Source of the DNA: Batkoa obscura
Lineage: Eukaryota
Direction of reading: 5' to 3'
Length of the DNA: 64,000 nt
NCBI GenBank assembly: GCA_030770535.1
Contig: JASVEC010000002.1
Span: 496,001 to 560,000 of the forward strand
Each line of letters begins with the position of its first letter. Position 1 is the first letter of the stretch. Made by a program: the position numbers and the translations under genes. The notes under the pieces are model-generated. The model was not told where the DNA came from, ran no database searches, and worked only from the letters and a program-made list of their open reading frames with translations. This document shows, piece after piece, positions 39,016 through 50,768 of this stretch.

Positions 39016-39857
39016 TTACACAATACCACTCCATTCTAAAGTAAATAAATGGGCACTTAGTCGAATATTGACTGCTTTTTCATCTTCTTTTTTTACAGTA
39101 GCTAAAACACGAGTTTTATTAACACCAGTAGCTAATCGGCCATAACTAACTAACTGATTTAAAGTGAATAATTGGTTTGGTTCATAAGTATTTACAATAT
39201 GCCTTGAGTGGCACCTTTCTGGATCGTCTAGAAAAAAGGATCAGTAATCAACTAATATTTCATTTATATAAAAAAAAGAAAGAACTAATTAAACTTACCA
39301 TAATACAATAAATAATCACCACCAAATTTGGAACCTGAAGTAATAAAAAATTTTTGTGGAGCTTGATAAAGATAAAGATAAACTAAATATTTTGAAGAGT
39401 TAGATATTCGATTTAATGGTGCCAATAAGGCAGGTGGTGCCTTTGGTAATGCATTATATAATTTCTCATATTCTTTTAAATGAGATAAATCATTCCCTTT
39501 TTTGATGGAAAATTGTTCTAAATGAATGGAAATTGGTGGTTCATTTTTTAAGGGTATATTATCTAAGTTTAATAAGATTAATAATTGTTCAAATGCTAAC
39601 AATGCAGGCAATGAATTGTCGTGGTTTTGTAATGGATTACTGGGTAAACAACCAATGAAATTGCACACCATTCGATACCTTGAACGAAGTAATTCTACAT
39701 CTATTTCAAGTTAGTAAAAAATTTCCAATATCGAATTAATAAGGTTGTTGTGTATTCATAGAATTAAAATAAATTATATACCTTTTAAATTCCACAATAA
39801 TAATTGTAAATCCAGGTTACCAACCAAAGTAATTGTAATGTTGGCTGATCCTTCCAT
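39016..39857 (-). CDS. SEN34: tRNA-splicing endonuclease subunit Sen34, 2 introns
   Basis: GCLP..PLQN...LPALL, FITSGSKFGGDYLLYYDDPERCHS, GRLATGVNKT and FTLEWSG motifs. Confidence 0.88.
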
Positions 39858-40585
39858 ATTTTTGATTCAGTCAAGAATTCTTTTAGTGAAAAATTTTCAA
39901 GTTGATTAAAATTTCTTTTCTTTTTACACATCCAAATTTTAGCTTATTTTTTAAGCTACGAATAAAATGCATTTGCTAATTAATTAAATTACGTTGAAAG
40001 TTCAATTTTTTTAAATGTAGCTTAATTTTTAGAGTACATTCAAAATTCTAGTTAGTTATAAAATAAATGGAATGTTTATTTTAGAATGTTATATAATCTT
40101 TATATATAATTTTATATCAAAATGATATTTTACATATCATTTTACAACACCTTTAATGCTAACAATGTCAAACTTGAAGTTCTAAAAATAAATAAGGCTA
40201 TAAATAGATTTTATTTATAGTCAATATCTTATTCTTACGTAGTAAATTAATCGAGTAAAATGTACCCTATAACATTGAAATTAAAACAGTAATTTGATCA
40301 AAAAAAATTGAATTTTATTAACTAATTGTATAGTTTAAACAATTATATATTAATTTTAAAATATAAAATATAAAACTTGATTATTAAAATATTAGTCGGT
40401 TTGAATCTTTAATAATAGTACAAAAAATAGTAACACATGGGTATGAAAAAAAGATACCATAAAGCAAGTATGCAAAAGAAAAAGAAAAAAGAAAAATCAA
40501 GTATAAAATATTAATTTTTAAAAATAAAGTGGACTATTAGAGGACTTATTTAGTATATCAAAAAAACTTGATTGATGGATTGAAT

Positions 40586-42169
40586 TTATTCTTGCTCTAA
40601 TGGAATATCCTATTATAAAACTTATTATTATCAATTCATTATGAAAAATCGTATAAAACCTACCTTTTCTTTCGCTTGATTTTTAACATGTTCAAAAACT
40701 TTTAAAAATTTCCTACGTGCTCCTAAAGCAGCTACTCCTTTCTCTGAAAGTTGTTCATCTGTAAGTTTAATAACTTCTCTCCAAGTTAAACCTTCAAAGA
40801 TAGGTGTATATTTATGAAGTCGAAGTGAACGCATCCATGCAGGTACACCTAATTTTTAATTTTTAGTATTATGCAATTTAATAAATCTTAACTTACTTTC
40901 TATCATTTCAAAATCAACCGGATCTAATGGTTTAGGTTCTTTTGGACCTTCTTCTGGAACTGGAGATGGCAAATTAATAGATTTGGAATCGGGTGCTGCT
41001 GGTGATTTTACAAAATTTCCATCCGTTGGTGTAGCTGCCCAAGAAATTGGTGAATATCCAGATGAAAATAAACCTGGTGGTACAGCTGGAGATTTTAATG
41101 GTTTATTTCTAGCACTTCCTGGCCAATGAGGAGAATCAATTTTAATTTCAACATTATCTACTTTTAATGTAAGATTATTTGGATTTCTTCCTTTAGGTGT
41201 TCCACTACCACTACCCTCTCTTAAAGATCCCCAATTTGGATCTGCATTATGACTGGCTGAACGTGGACGCGAAGCTTCAGTAGTGTCTTGTCTATTATTA
41301 TTCCATGTAGCTGTTTTAGGTCTAGATGCACCATTAGAACCCTCTTCTGATCCCCAACCAGAAGCTGCACTAACATCAATAGATGGTATCTTTTTTCCTT
41401 TAAATGAATCACTAAAACGAGCTGATAGTTTTCCATTACCACGCTCCCAATTAGTTTTATTGCCTTCTGGAATATCAGAAAGAGAAATACGCTTGGAAAA
41501 GTCCTCTTTAATACTAAGACGATTAGCTATACGTGTATTTCCTACAGTAGTGGGGAAACTAGTACTATCTGGATTAGGGATTGGCATAGAATGTCTCTCC
41601 CCAACTTTTTTTCTATTTGTAGTAGGAATATCTACCAAAGCTTAAAATAAAATTTAAAACTAAGAATATAAAAAATCTAAAATAAAATTACATTGTAAAC
41701 CAGATCTTGGTCGTGGGCTTAAAGCTTCATTAATAGGATCTTTCGTCATCTTTTGTAAAACGGTGATAAAAAATCGAACTTGTACGTTAGTAGCTTGATG
41801 GATTAAGCTATAAAGAGCAGCAGTACGCTCTGCTTCAGAAAGAGCAGAGAACCAGTTTTCAACAGCACCAAGTTCTTCTTTGAAAGAAGGTTCTAAGCTT
41901 GCTTTGGCCATCTCTTCAAGAGTCCTTTCATATTGAGTTAAATCTTCAAACCATTTTTCAAGTGCTTCATCTAAAAAGTAATATTAATCAATAATGTAAA
42001 TAAAAAAATGCAGTATATTATTACCTTCTGGAGACGATTTTTTAGCATAAATCTCAGAGATGGGACGAGCTAAAGGACTTTTAGGATCAACTGGTGGGGT
42101 TGCTATTGGGTTGGATTGAGGTTGTTCTGAAGTGGAAATGAATTGCTCAGAAGCAGGACGTTGAGACAT
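40586..42169 (-). CDS. VTS1: Vts1/Smaug SAM-domain RNA-binding protein, 5 exons
   Basis: WFEDLTQYERTLEEMA, WFSALSEAERTAALYSL and SAM domain WMRSLRLHKYT...GVAALGARRKFLKVF. Confidence 0.92.
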
Positions 42170-43468
42170 TATTAAATTTGGCTATTGATTATAAAAGTAG
42201 TAGTCAATCTAAGCACAGCTATCTTAAATTTAAAGCACAGCTTAGTGGATGGTATAAATAAAAACTTGAATTTTGAATTTCTTTTGATCTTTTTTTTAAT
42301 CAGGTGCAAATAATTAAAATTGCATAATTAATCGTTAGACTTAACGTTTATTGGTTCTTTTTTTGTGGTGAATTTTAACACCTATCTTCAAAATATTGTG
42401 ACGCTTATAGGTGTTAAATATATTATATAAAAATCTTTAGTTTAAACTATTTTATAAAAGTTTAGCTATATTTATAAGTAATAATATATCATATGAACAA
42501 ACTATAATGTTTTATATGGCCTAACAGTCCCTTTATTATGTTAAATTTAGAATTAACAATGATACTATAAAGGAAATTTTATTACTTTTCTATATTTGAA
42601 TTATTTATTCTTTAATAGTTTCCTTATTTTCTCAAATTAAGACGTTTATTTTTAATATAATAATCTATCAAAGTAATATGTTATATGAATAAATTTAATA
42701 TTAAATATAGAGGTTTAAAACAAAGCCATTGTATTGTTTCATAAAGCTTAAAAAGTTATTTTTATGTCAAAATTTATAATAAGTTAAAACAAGAGTGAAA
42801 AATTATGAAAACTATAGTTAAAATATTTAAGATACATTCATCTGATTGACAATATATCGCCTTAGTAGAAGATATTAAAGCATATGTAGCAGTAATATAG
42901 TTGGGTACACATAGTTAAGATATTGCGCATTAAAAGCTTATCAGATTGATTATAAAGTTTATATAATTGAAAATTTGAGTTTAAAAAAACACAAACTGTT
43001 ATTGTTTAAAAATATTTAAAACATTATTTTGGTTGTGCTGTTTCAATAGATGAATTTTAAGATGCTAATAATTGACATCTAAGCTTAATGTAGCTTTCCT
43101 TATCATTTATTATTACACTCATACACCAAAAATCATAAACATTTTTTATAATATATATCTATTAAAAAGTAAAATTAGAGAACAAAATAAATGAATCATT
43201 TAGTCTCCTTTAGCTAGTAAAAGTGTAAAAATCAAGATCATAAATAATAATATAAACATATTAGAAAAATGTGCTTGGAGTATGAACTTTTATTTTAGAA
43301 TGCTTTAAAACTTTTTTGGTTAGGTAATACGCAATCGAAATTTAAATAAAGTTATATTCAGTTTATAATGGAAAGCTTTTAGGACGAACATGCTAAAATA
43401 AAAAATCAACTATTTAAAGTATAAATACACATAAAACCCAATATAAAGGCTTTTTATTAAGCTTCAAA

Positions 43469-44197
43469 ATGATCTATCTTCTTCCTTCATTATCAATTTT
43501 ATTTAGTATAATGAATGCAAGTTCAATTATTGATAGTTTTTGTGGTACAAATGATTTATTGAAAACATCTTGTTCAAACAAAGATAATACGGAGATGTAT
43601 TTTTGTGTTTAAGAATTTTACTAGCAATTTTTTCGCTCAAATAACGCTTAAAAGGTGGAAAAAGCAATGAAGTCAAAAAAAAATACCCCCATATCAACAA
43701 AAATTTAGTAGGCATTTATAAAGAGGATGATGAAAACTCCAAAGTAGTTGTATAACTACTTTAGTGAATTGCAATTTGATGGAACTGGAAACTACTGCTT
43801 ATATAAGAATTTCTATTGTTCAAGTGGAGTACAATGTCCTCAAACCTTTGCTCCTATCCTTGCTACTATGGATGACTTCTCGATTGAAAACATTAAATGC
43901 GAGGGCTCGGGTTTAGCTTTATCCTTTGATTTAAAATTAACAGAAACTGTAAATTCCTTAAATAGAAAAGTGGATCTGGTCAATCAAAGTGCATACACCT
44001 ACGGAGTGAGTTCTAGCATTGTAAAATCGTTTAAATCATTATCATTTTCCCATGGCACTGAAAGTAAACCAATTTTGAAATCAAATGATAAATGTGCAGC
44101 TAACAAATCACACGAACAATGTCAAACCACCACTCACACCCAGAATACAAAATGTTATAGTAACAAATGTAAATTTGTTAAAAATATTAATCCATAG
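43469..44197 (+). pseudogene. Secreted Cys-rich protein gene interrupted by a MITE (pseudogene or splice-rescued gene)
   Basis: TATA near 43441; ATG 43469 encodes signal-like MIYLLPSLSILFSIMNA. Removing the MITE plus one TSD and a 40-nt GT-AG segment (43708-43747) joins it in frame to the 43748-44197 ORF. Confidence 0.6.
43591..43690 (+). mobile_element. ~100-bp MITE copy inserted in coding sequence
   Basis: ggagatg...taccccc; flanks ATAC/ATAT. Confidence 0.9.
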
Positions 44198-45077
44198 CTT
44201 TTGATATTCTAATATCACACTTTTTATTAGATATCAATGAAACACTTTAGATATCAGTTGAACTATCTTTCAAATAGACCTACTGGCTTACCTACTCTCT
44301 AATGTTTATATAAATCTCGATTTTGCTAAATCTTAGTTTTTACTTACTACATACTCAACAATTAATAAATGATTTTTTAATAGCATTTATCTAAAATTAT
44401 TTGTCCATACATTAATCTTAATTTCAAACATTCTATAATAAAGTATTATAAACTAAAATAAACCCATTACTAATTAGACTAAAACTGATACAAGTATATA
44501 AATTATAAAACGTACATTTTTTTTAGATATTGCCATTATTAATGTCAATCAACATAAAAATGAGATACTAAAAAAATGGTAGTCTGATGAAAAGAGTAGA
44601 ATTTATTAGAATGATTGGATTATCTGAGTTTAGTAATAGCATTTCAATTACTTAGTATAGTAGATTTAACTATCTATTGTTAAATTAAATAGTCTATTGA
44701 AGTAATTGCAACATGTTGCACTTATTAAATGAAATTTAATTAAAGTTTTCTCCATGGTTAGGTGGAGTTGTGGCGTTATTTTATCAGAGTTAAATACTTG
44801 AAATACCAAAAATTTGAGCAAATAAAAGAATGATTAAGCTTTTAGGTAACTTTTAATTGGCTTAATTACAGAAATTTGGAACGAAGGGATACGCAAAATT
44901 TAAAATTTTTAAAATTTATTGGCCACTTTTTGAAAACAAACAAATCAATTTAAATAACTGGAAAATTAAAATAGAATCAACCACCACATTAATGTTTAAT
45001 CATTTTTGAGTAGTTGAGTTTGTAAAAAGGGAGTAAATAAACGTAATAATCCTTTAAAATAGTATATTCGTTTTGAA

Positions 45078-46949
45078 ATGATCAATAAGTATATGTCAAC
45101 AAGAGAGTTCCAGTTTCGGGCTTCTAGGGCCCCAAAAAGCATCTATATGCGATGTGACAATGACGAACTGACTTCAATAGAAAAATTTCGGGAATCAATG
45201 GATGAGATGTTAGATGCGCCTGACGATGAATTTCTAACAAAGAATGAATGTAGTGACGAAGGATTAATGAAAATCTTCAAATTTGAAAGCTCTGGTCCTG
45301 GATTAATCGCATCAAATGACACCAATGATCACGATTCTGAGCCTGAATCGTTCAATTCAGCAGAAATAAAAAAGCATGAAGAAGCCACTATGCAAAATCT
45401 AGCTAGGAGAAGGCGATATTTTACTTCATTTAAATATAAAGAGCATCTTGAGCCTGTTTTTTCACAGGGTAGTAACATGTTTGATCCTGATGATAACTCT
45501 ATGTTTTCCCACTTTAATTTAGGTAGAATGGATGATTATGCGCTATTTGGCGTTACAGAAAAAGATAAAGAAGAATTCGATTTTAACAAAAATAAGAATA
45601 AGCCAGTTTCCATTCTAAGTGAGAAGAATGATTCAATTCTTTCCAATGATAAAAACAAGACAACTAATGTTTCTGATGACAAACCAGTACGTGGAAATGA
45701 CTTTAAAATGCCAGATGATATTCAGGCATACTTCATTAGATATACTAAAGCTCTGGCTGAATGTGAAGCTAAAGGTATGCCACCAGAAGAAATTGCAATT
45801 GTTGTACCAAAAATGTTAGATGAAGAGGATAGACTTAAGGCAATGAAAGAGATACCTGTTACCAATCGAAACAATGTTGATGGTGAAAAGAGATCTAACC
45901 ATATGAAGGCTAAATCAATGTCAATTGTAACAAATTCAAATCAAATGACTAATAATATGGTTTCTCCAATCCCAATAACATCACTAGCTACAACATCTAA
46001 TTCTGCTAAGCTTTCGACTCCAACAAAATCACCTACATCAGCTAAATCGCCCAGTAAGCCTTCTTTGAAATCATCATCAACAGTCAAAGCCATTAAATCA
46101 GTAAACATCAATAAAATTGATGACAATAGAAGACACTCAATGATGAATGTGCCTACCGAAGCTAAAATACCAAATAAAAAAGATGAACGAAGAAAGACTA
46201 CTATTTTAAGCGGTGGGTCATCAACTTCATCTATTAGACAAAGAGTTCAACCAACTTCAACCAATGATAATCGACGTAATGGGGTTATTTATTCAAATAT
46301 ACAACCAGTTGTTTTAAAACAAAGTAACTCAACACCAATTATGAATAAATTGAGGCCAGTTTCAATGCAGATTAGTAAATCTGATTACAAATCAGCTTAT
46401 AATTACAACAGTGGATCAGTTGAAAGAGTATCAAGACTTATTGAAAGTTCCGAAGAGAGAAGAAAGTCATTCAACCAAGCTATTATGCCTAGTTCCCCCA
46501 ATTCACATTCTAAATCTAAATCCATTTCACTTGCGTCTCCTAACTCCCCTAATTTACATTCCAAATCTAAATCTATTTCCTTTACGCCACCAGATTATTC
46601 TAAATCAAATTACAAAATAGTACCAGCATCAAATGACATAGTCAATGCGCTACCAATTAATTCAAGTAGTATACAAAGTAGTTTTAAGCCAACTTTAAGT
46701 GCTAAATCAATATTAAGTAGTAATTATACTAAAGACGACTTGTTAGAATTAATTAGAGAAAATAGAGCACCCAAACCTAATTTTCTACTCAATAGAGCTT
46801 TGTTACTTGGTGAAGATAAGGCAAGAAGGGATCCTTTTATCCAAGCGTGTCTTAGAGAAATTAGACTAAATAGGGAATATATATTTAAAAACAATCCTTC
46901 TTTTACTTCTAAAATCCCAAAGCCTGAGCTACCTTATCCGAATGTTTAA
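45078..46949 (+). CDS. Hypothetical Ser/Asn/Lys-rich, probably disordered protein (intronless)
   Basis: 623-codon ORF in AT-rich DNA with no recognised domain; contains a duplicated SPNxHSKSKSIS motif. Confidence 0.75.
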   Translation: MINKYMSTREFQFRASRAPKSIYMRCDNDELTSIEKFRESMDEMLDAPDDEFLTKNECSDEGLMKIFKFESSGPGLIASNDTNDHDSEPESFNSAEIKKHEEATMQNLARRRRYFTSFKYKEHLEPVFSQGSNMFDPDDNSMFSHFNLGRMDDYALFGVTEKDKEEFDFNKNKNKPVSILSEKNDSILSNDKNKTTNVSDDKPVRGNDFKMPDDIQAYFIRYTKALAECEAKGMPPEEIAIVVPKMLDEEDRLKAMKEIPVTNRNNVDGEKRSNHMKAKSMSIVTNSNQMTNNMVSPIPITSLATTSNSAKLSTPTKSPTSAKSPSKPSLKSSSTVKAIKSVNINKIDDNRRHSMMNVPTEAKIPNKKDERRKTTILSGGSSTSSIRQRVQPTSTNDNRRNGVIYSNIQPVVLKQSNSTPIMNKLRPVSMQISKSDYKSAYNYNSGSVERVSRLIESSEERRKSFNQAIMPSSPNSHSKSKSISLASPNSPNLHSKSKSISFTPPDYSKSNYKIVPASNDIVNALPINSSSIQSSFKPTLSAKSILSSNYTKDDLLELIRENRAPKPNFLLNRALLLGEDKARRDPFIQACLREIRLNREYIFKNNPSFTSKIPKPELPYPNV

Positions 46950-47476
46950 CTTCAAGTTTTTATATTAAACTATAATTAATTTATTACAAAATATTTATCT
47001 TTATGTACATGATTCTTATCATTCAAGTTTATGCTAGGATTAGCTATTAAGTAGAAAAGGTGCTGGTTGAAATAAATTATATTTAATAAAATTGTTTTTT
47101 AATTCTGCCAAAGATACTAATTGGAATACAGAATTTAATTTTTATATTTTTATATTTTTATATTTTTAAAATAATAGTCAAGGAGGTCATTTATACCATT
47201 CCTTTAAAGCTTTTGTTTACTATTGTAACTAATATTTAAATATGGAAATAATTCTTCCTGATTTGATCCTTTGTTATTAAAGAAATGTCCTAATATCCGT
47301 TTATAATCCTTTCTGAAAATTTGCATTATTATTTAAGGTAAAACACGCATTCATATTGTTACAAAAAAGCTTTAAGATAACCTTTGAATTTATTACAATA
47401 TAAATTTATACAATTCCATTTAAATAGGTACTAAATCAAAGCTAATCATGCAATCAAAGATTATTTGTTTTGGTAA

Positions 47477-49771
47477 TTAACTATCAGTGATGATCTTAAG
47501 TGGATGTGCTCCAGGGGACAGAATAAATGCATTTAGATCTAGATGAAAGTCTAAAGAAGGGTCATTAATAGATGAAGCTGAGTTGCTTCGATTTGGAACT
47601 TGCTCAAGGGGCGAGAACAACAAATATAAATATTTTAAAGTTTTTGACAAAAAGCTGGAAGGCATTTCTCCCAGCAACACTTTGTTTGAATTTTGGTACT
47701 TACGTTCCGTTAACACATTATCATAAGTGGAATACCCATACTTAACTTTACAATGCTTTTCTATTGCCTATATAAATTAATTAAAATTAGTCATTAAAAG
47801 GCTGAGTAAAATTACTATAAATATGTCCCATCCCATCTGTTGGTATTTTCTGTTTTTAGTTCTTCTATATAAATAAAAGAGGGATTCTACTGTTTCACTG
47901 GATAATAAAAAATTGGCGTCATAAATTGAAAAATAATTTTCTTCAAAGAAAGTGGAGTTAGTAAATGAAGATATTTTCGAGTAATAGTCATTAGGATTAA
48001 CACCCAAGAAGTATATGTGCTCTGGAGCTAATTGAGTTGGGGCGGATTTGTATAAGTTTAAACAAGTTGAGGTAATATTTTCAGCAAGTTCAATATCCTT
48101 AACTCTGTTTAATACATGTGAACTTAATGCAATTAATCCTGGAAAAAAACAAGAGTAGTGACTCATTGCATATTCCAATTGATTATCAGTATTCAAGCCA
48201 CCCAAAAATGTTTTACCCATATCTGGATGACCAATCACCAATTTACGTTGTATTGCATTAAGAGACTTTAAATATTTCTCTTTTAATCTTTGGTCTTTTT
48301 TGTTTAATAACAAATATTCTTTAAATAATACATCATAATATCTTCCACCATCTTTATCTAAACTTGATTTTCCACTTGGTTTAATAACTTCAATATCAAA
48401 CTGAGTTGGAAAAATGCCTGGTATATCTAATATAGTTAAATCAAATAAGTTTCTTACTAAATTAGCTTTTTCTATGTATGTTTGATTATCTGTTAGTTTT
48501 CCAAGTTTAATAAATTCCAATTGAAAGGAACTTAATTTAGAAATCGTTGTCCACTTTTCGTTAGTGTTGTCACCATTAAACTTAAAAGTTGATGTAGGTA
48601 AACCATGGGAAGTTTCAAACGCTATCATACTTAATTGCGCCACTTCTTCAGCTTTAGCTAACAAATCGTCATCATTTGTAAGCTCATATGCCCCCAATAA
48701 ACCACCCAAACATGAACTAATAAATTTATCGAATTCTATGGTCCCACTCTGAATAATAAATATTTATTTATCAAAAAATAATTAAAATAGTTTACTAGTT
48801 TACTAAAATCTACTGACAAAGCCTGTTTCTTCGCGTTTTCAAACTCTTCTTTTAACCCCATTATTATAAGCGTATCTAAGTTATCAAATAATGTCATCCC
48901 AAAACTAAGTTTATTTTAAAAATTATTCTTTTCTTGTAATAATTAATTTACCCTTGATAACTATGAAATAAATAAATAAATAAATAAATAAAATCTAGAA
49001 AACAAGTTACTCATCAGTGTATGTTTTCCTCAAAGGTAATATTTGGTCATGACCAAACGCTAACTCTTTATAGCTATTCCAACTATGTAAAAATGATTTC
49101 CTAATCTGCAATCTTCTTAACCTATCTAGAGCTTCCCATCGAGCGCCTTGAACCTTATCACTAGAGCCTTTCAAAAGCTTTGGAACCCATGAAAAAGAAC
49201 TACTTCTTTCTACATTTTTAGCGTCTCTCATCTGATGTAACAAATTCAGTTTGTGCTGTTCCGAAGGAGGCAGATCACTAAAATCAATCGCATAATGGCT
49301 TAACATTTCATTTAACATCTCGCTTATCCTTTCATCTTGTCTATTGTATTCTTGATCCGCTAAACTGGTTAAGTTTCTATTAAACTCAAATTCGGAGTCT
49401 TCATAGCTTGCTAAAGTATTTACATAATCGACATAGTGGCTCCAGCCCAAGATAGAGAAAAAGATAATGGAAGTTGAGACGATTACAAATATAATAGCTG
49501 GCTTTACATAAGGTCTTTTTTCATTCTTTTCATCAATCCAATATTTGATTTCAAAACATATATCTATTAACTTATTGAATATGTAATATTTGGATAAAAA
49601 GTCTAAAACACGTTCAAACGGATGATATATTATTTTGTTCATAAACTTCGACCACCTGCTTTGTGCCCCTCTTTCTTGTGTTGTATCGTTGAGTTGAATC
49701 TCTTCCTCATAGTCTATCCCTCTTACACTTTCATACTCACTTTCACTACTATTCACTCGATTATAATACAT
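47477..49771 (-). CDS. GH47 class I alpha-1,2-mannosidase homologue, type II membrane, with degenerate active site
   Basis: FLHSWNSYKELAFGHDQILP, DNLDTLIIMGL, LGGLLGAY, QLEF, CFFPG, LAPE, ETVESLFYLYR and TLKYLYLLFS motifs. One TM near residues 92-110. Confidence 0.9.
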
Positions 49772-49968
49772 GATTTCTAGTTATTTAAGAAAGTAAAAAA
49801 TAAAATCTTAGATTTTGCATTTAAATTTAGTTTCTCCGCTATAGGAACTTGGATAGAAAGGAGTGAATTTATAAAAAATTGATCAAGAACCATATTTGGA
49901 AGTAACTTTTTCCTTTCAACATTTTGCTCATTTTTGGGCCTAAGATTTAGAAACAAATTATAATATAT

Positions 49969-50067
49969 GGGGATGTATTTTTGTATTTAAGAATTTTACT
50001 AACAAATTTTCCACTCAAATAGTGCTTAAAAAATGGAAAAAATAATGAAGCCAAAAAAAACATCCCT
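49969..50067 (+). mobile_element. ~100-bp MITE copy
   Basis: ATAT/ATAT TSD. Confidence 0.9.
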
Positions 50068-50433
50068 ATATGATTGTTATAAACCCACGTTGTTGTGTAG
50101 TTTCCGACTTTTAAATACTTTAAATACGAGTTTTATTATATGAAAAATAAAATCATAATTAATTGTTTTTTACAGCAATTAATAATTTTAATGAATCAAT
50201 TTTATGACATTTTATTAATAAATGAGTTTGAAAAAATTAGATAATTGAATTTTAATGTATTTTAATTATAACGAGCTCTTAATTCGATAGAATCATGTAT
50301 TAGAATGTTAGATAATCAACTAAAAGCCCATCAAAAGTTTCAATTTAGTAATTTTAGATATATATTTTTTGTATTATAAATACAAATAATAATAAAAGTA
50401 AAGTACTTTTATATTTCATTCAAAATAATATTT

Positions 50434-50529
50434 GGGAGTGTTTTTTTACTTCATTATTTTTTCCATTTCTAAGCGCTATTTAAGGCGAAAATTTGCTAGT
50501 AAAATTCTTAAGCACAAAAATACATCTCC
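50434..50529 (-). mobile_element. ~100-bp MITE copy
   Basis: ATTT/ATTT TSD. Confidence 0.9.
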
Positions 50530-50571
50530 ATTTAATAATAAAAAATGTACATTTTAAATCTACAGTAAAAT

Positions 50572-50667
50572 GTGGATGTTTTTGGTTTCATTACCTTTTC
50601 CATCTTTTAAGTACTATTTAAGTAAAAAAATTGTTAGTAAAATTCTCAAATACAAAAATACGTCCCT
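50572..50667 (-). mobile_element. ~100-bp MITE copy
   Basis: AAAT/AAAT TSD. Confidence 0.85.
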
Positions 50668-50768
50668 AAATAATAATTATAAAAACAATTCAATTTTATT
50701 AAAAGATTATAATCTTAAGTTTAGAATAAACATGCTACAAATAAATATTCAGAAAATCAGCTTTGACA

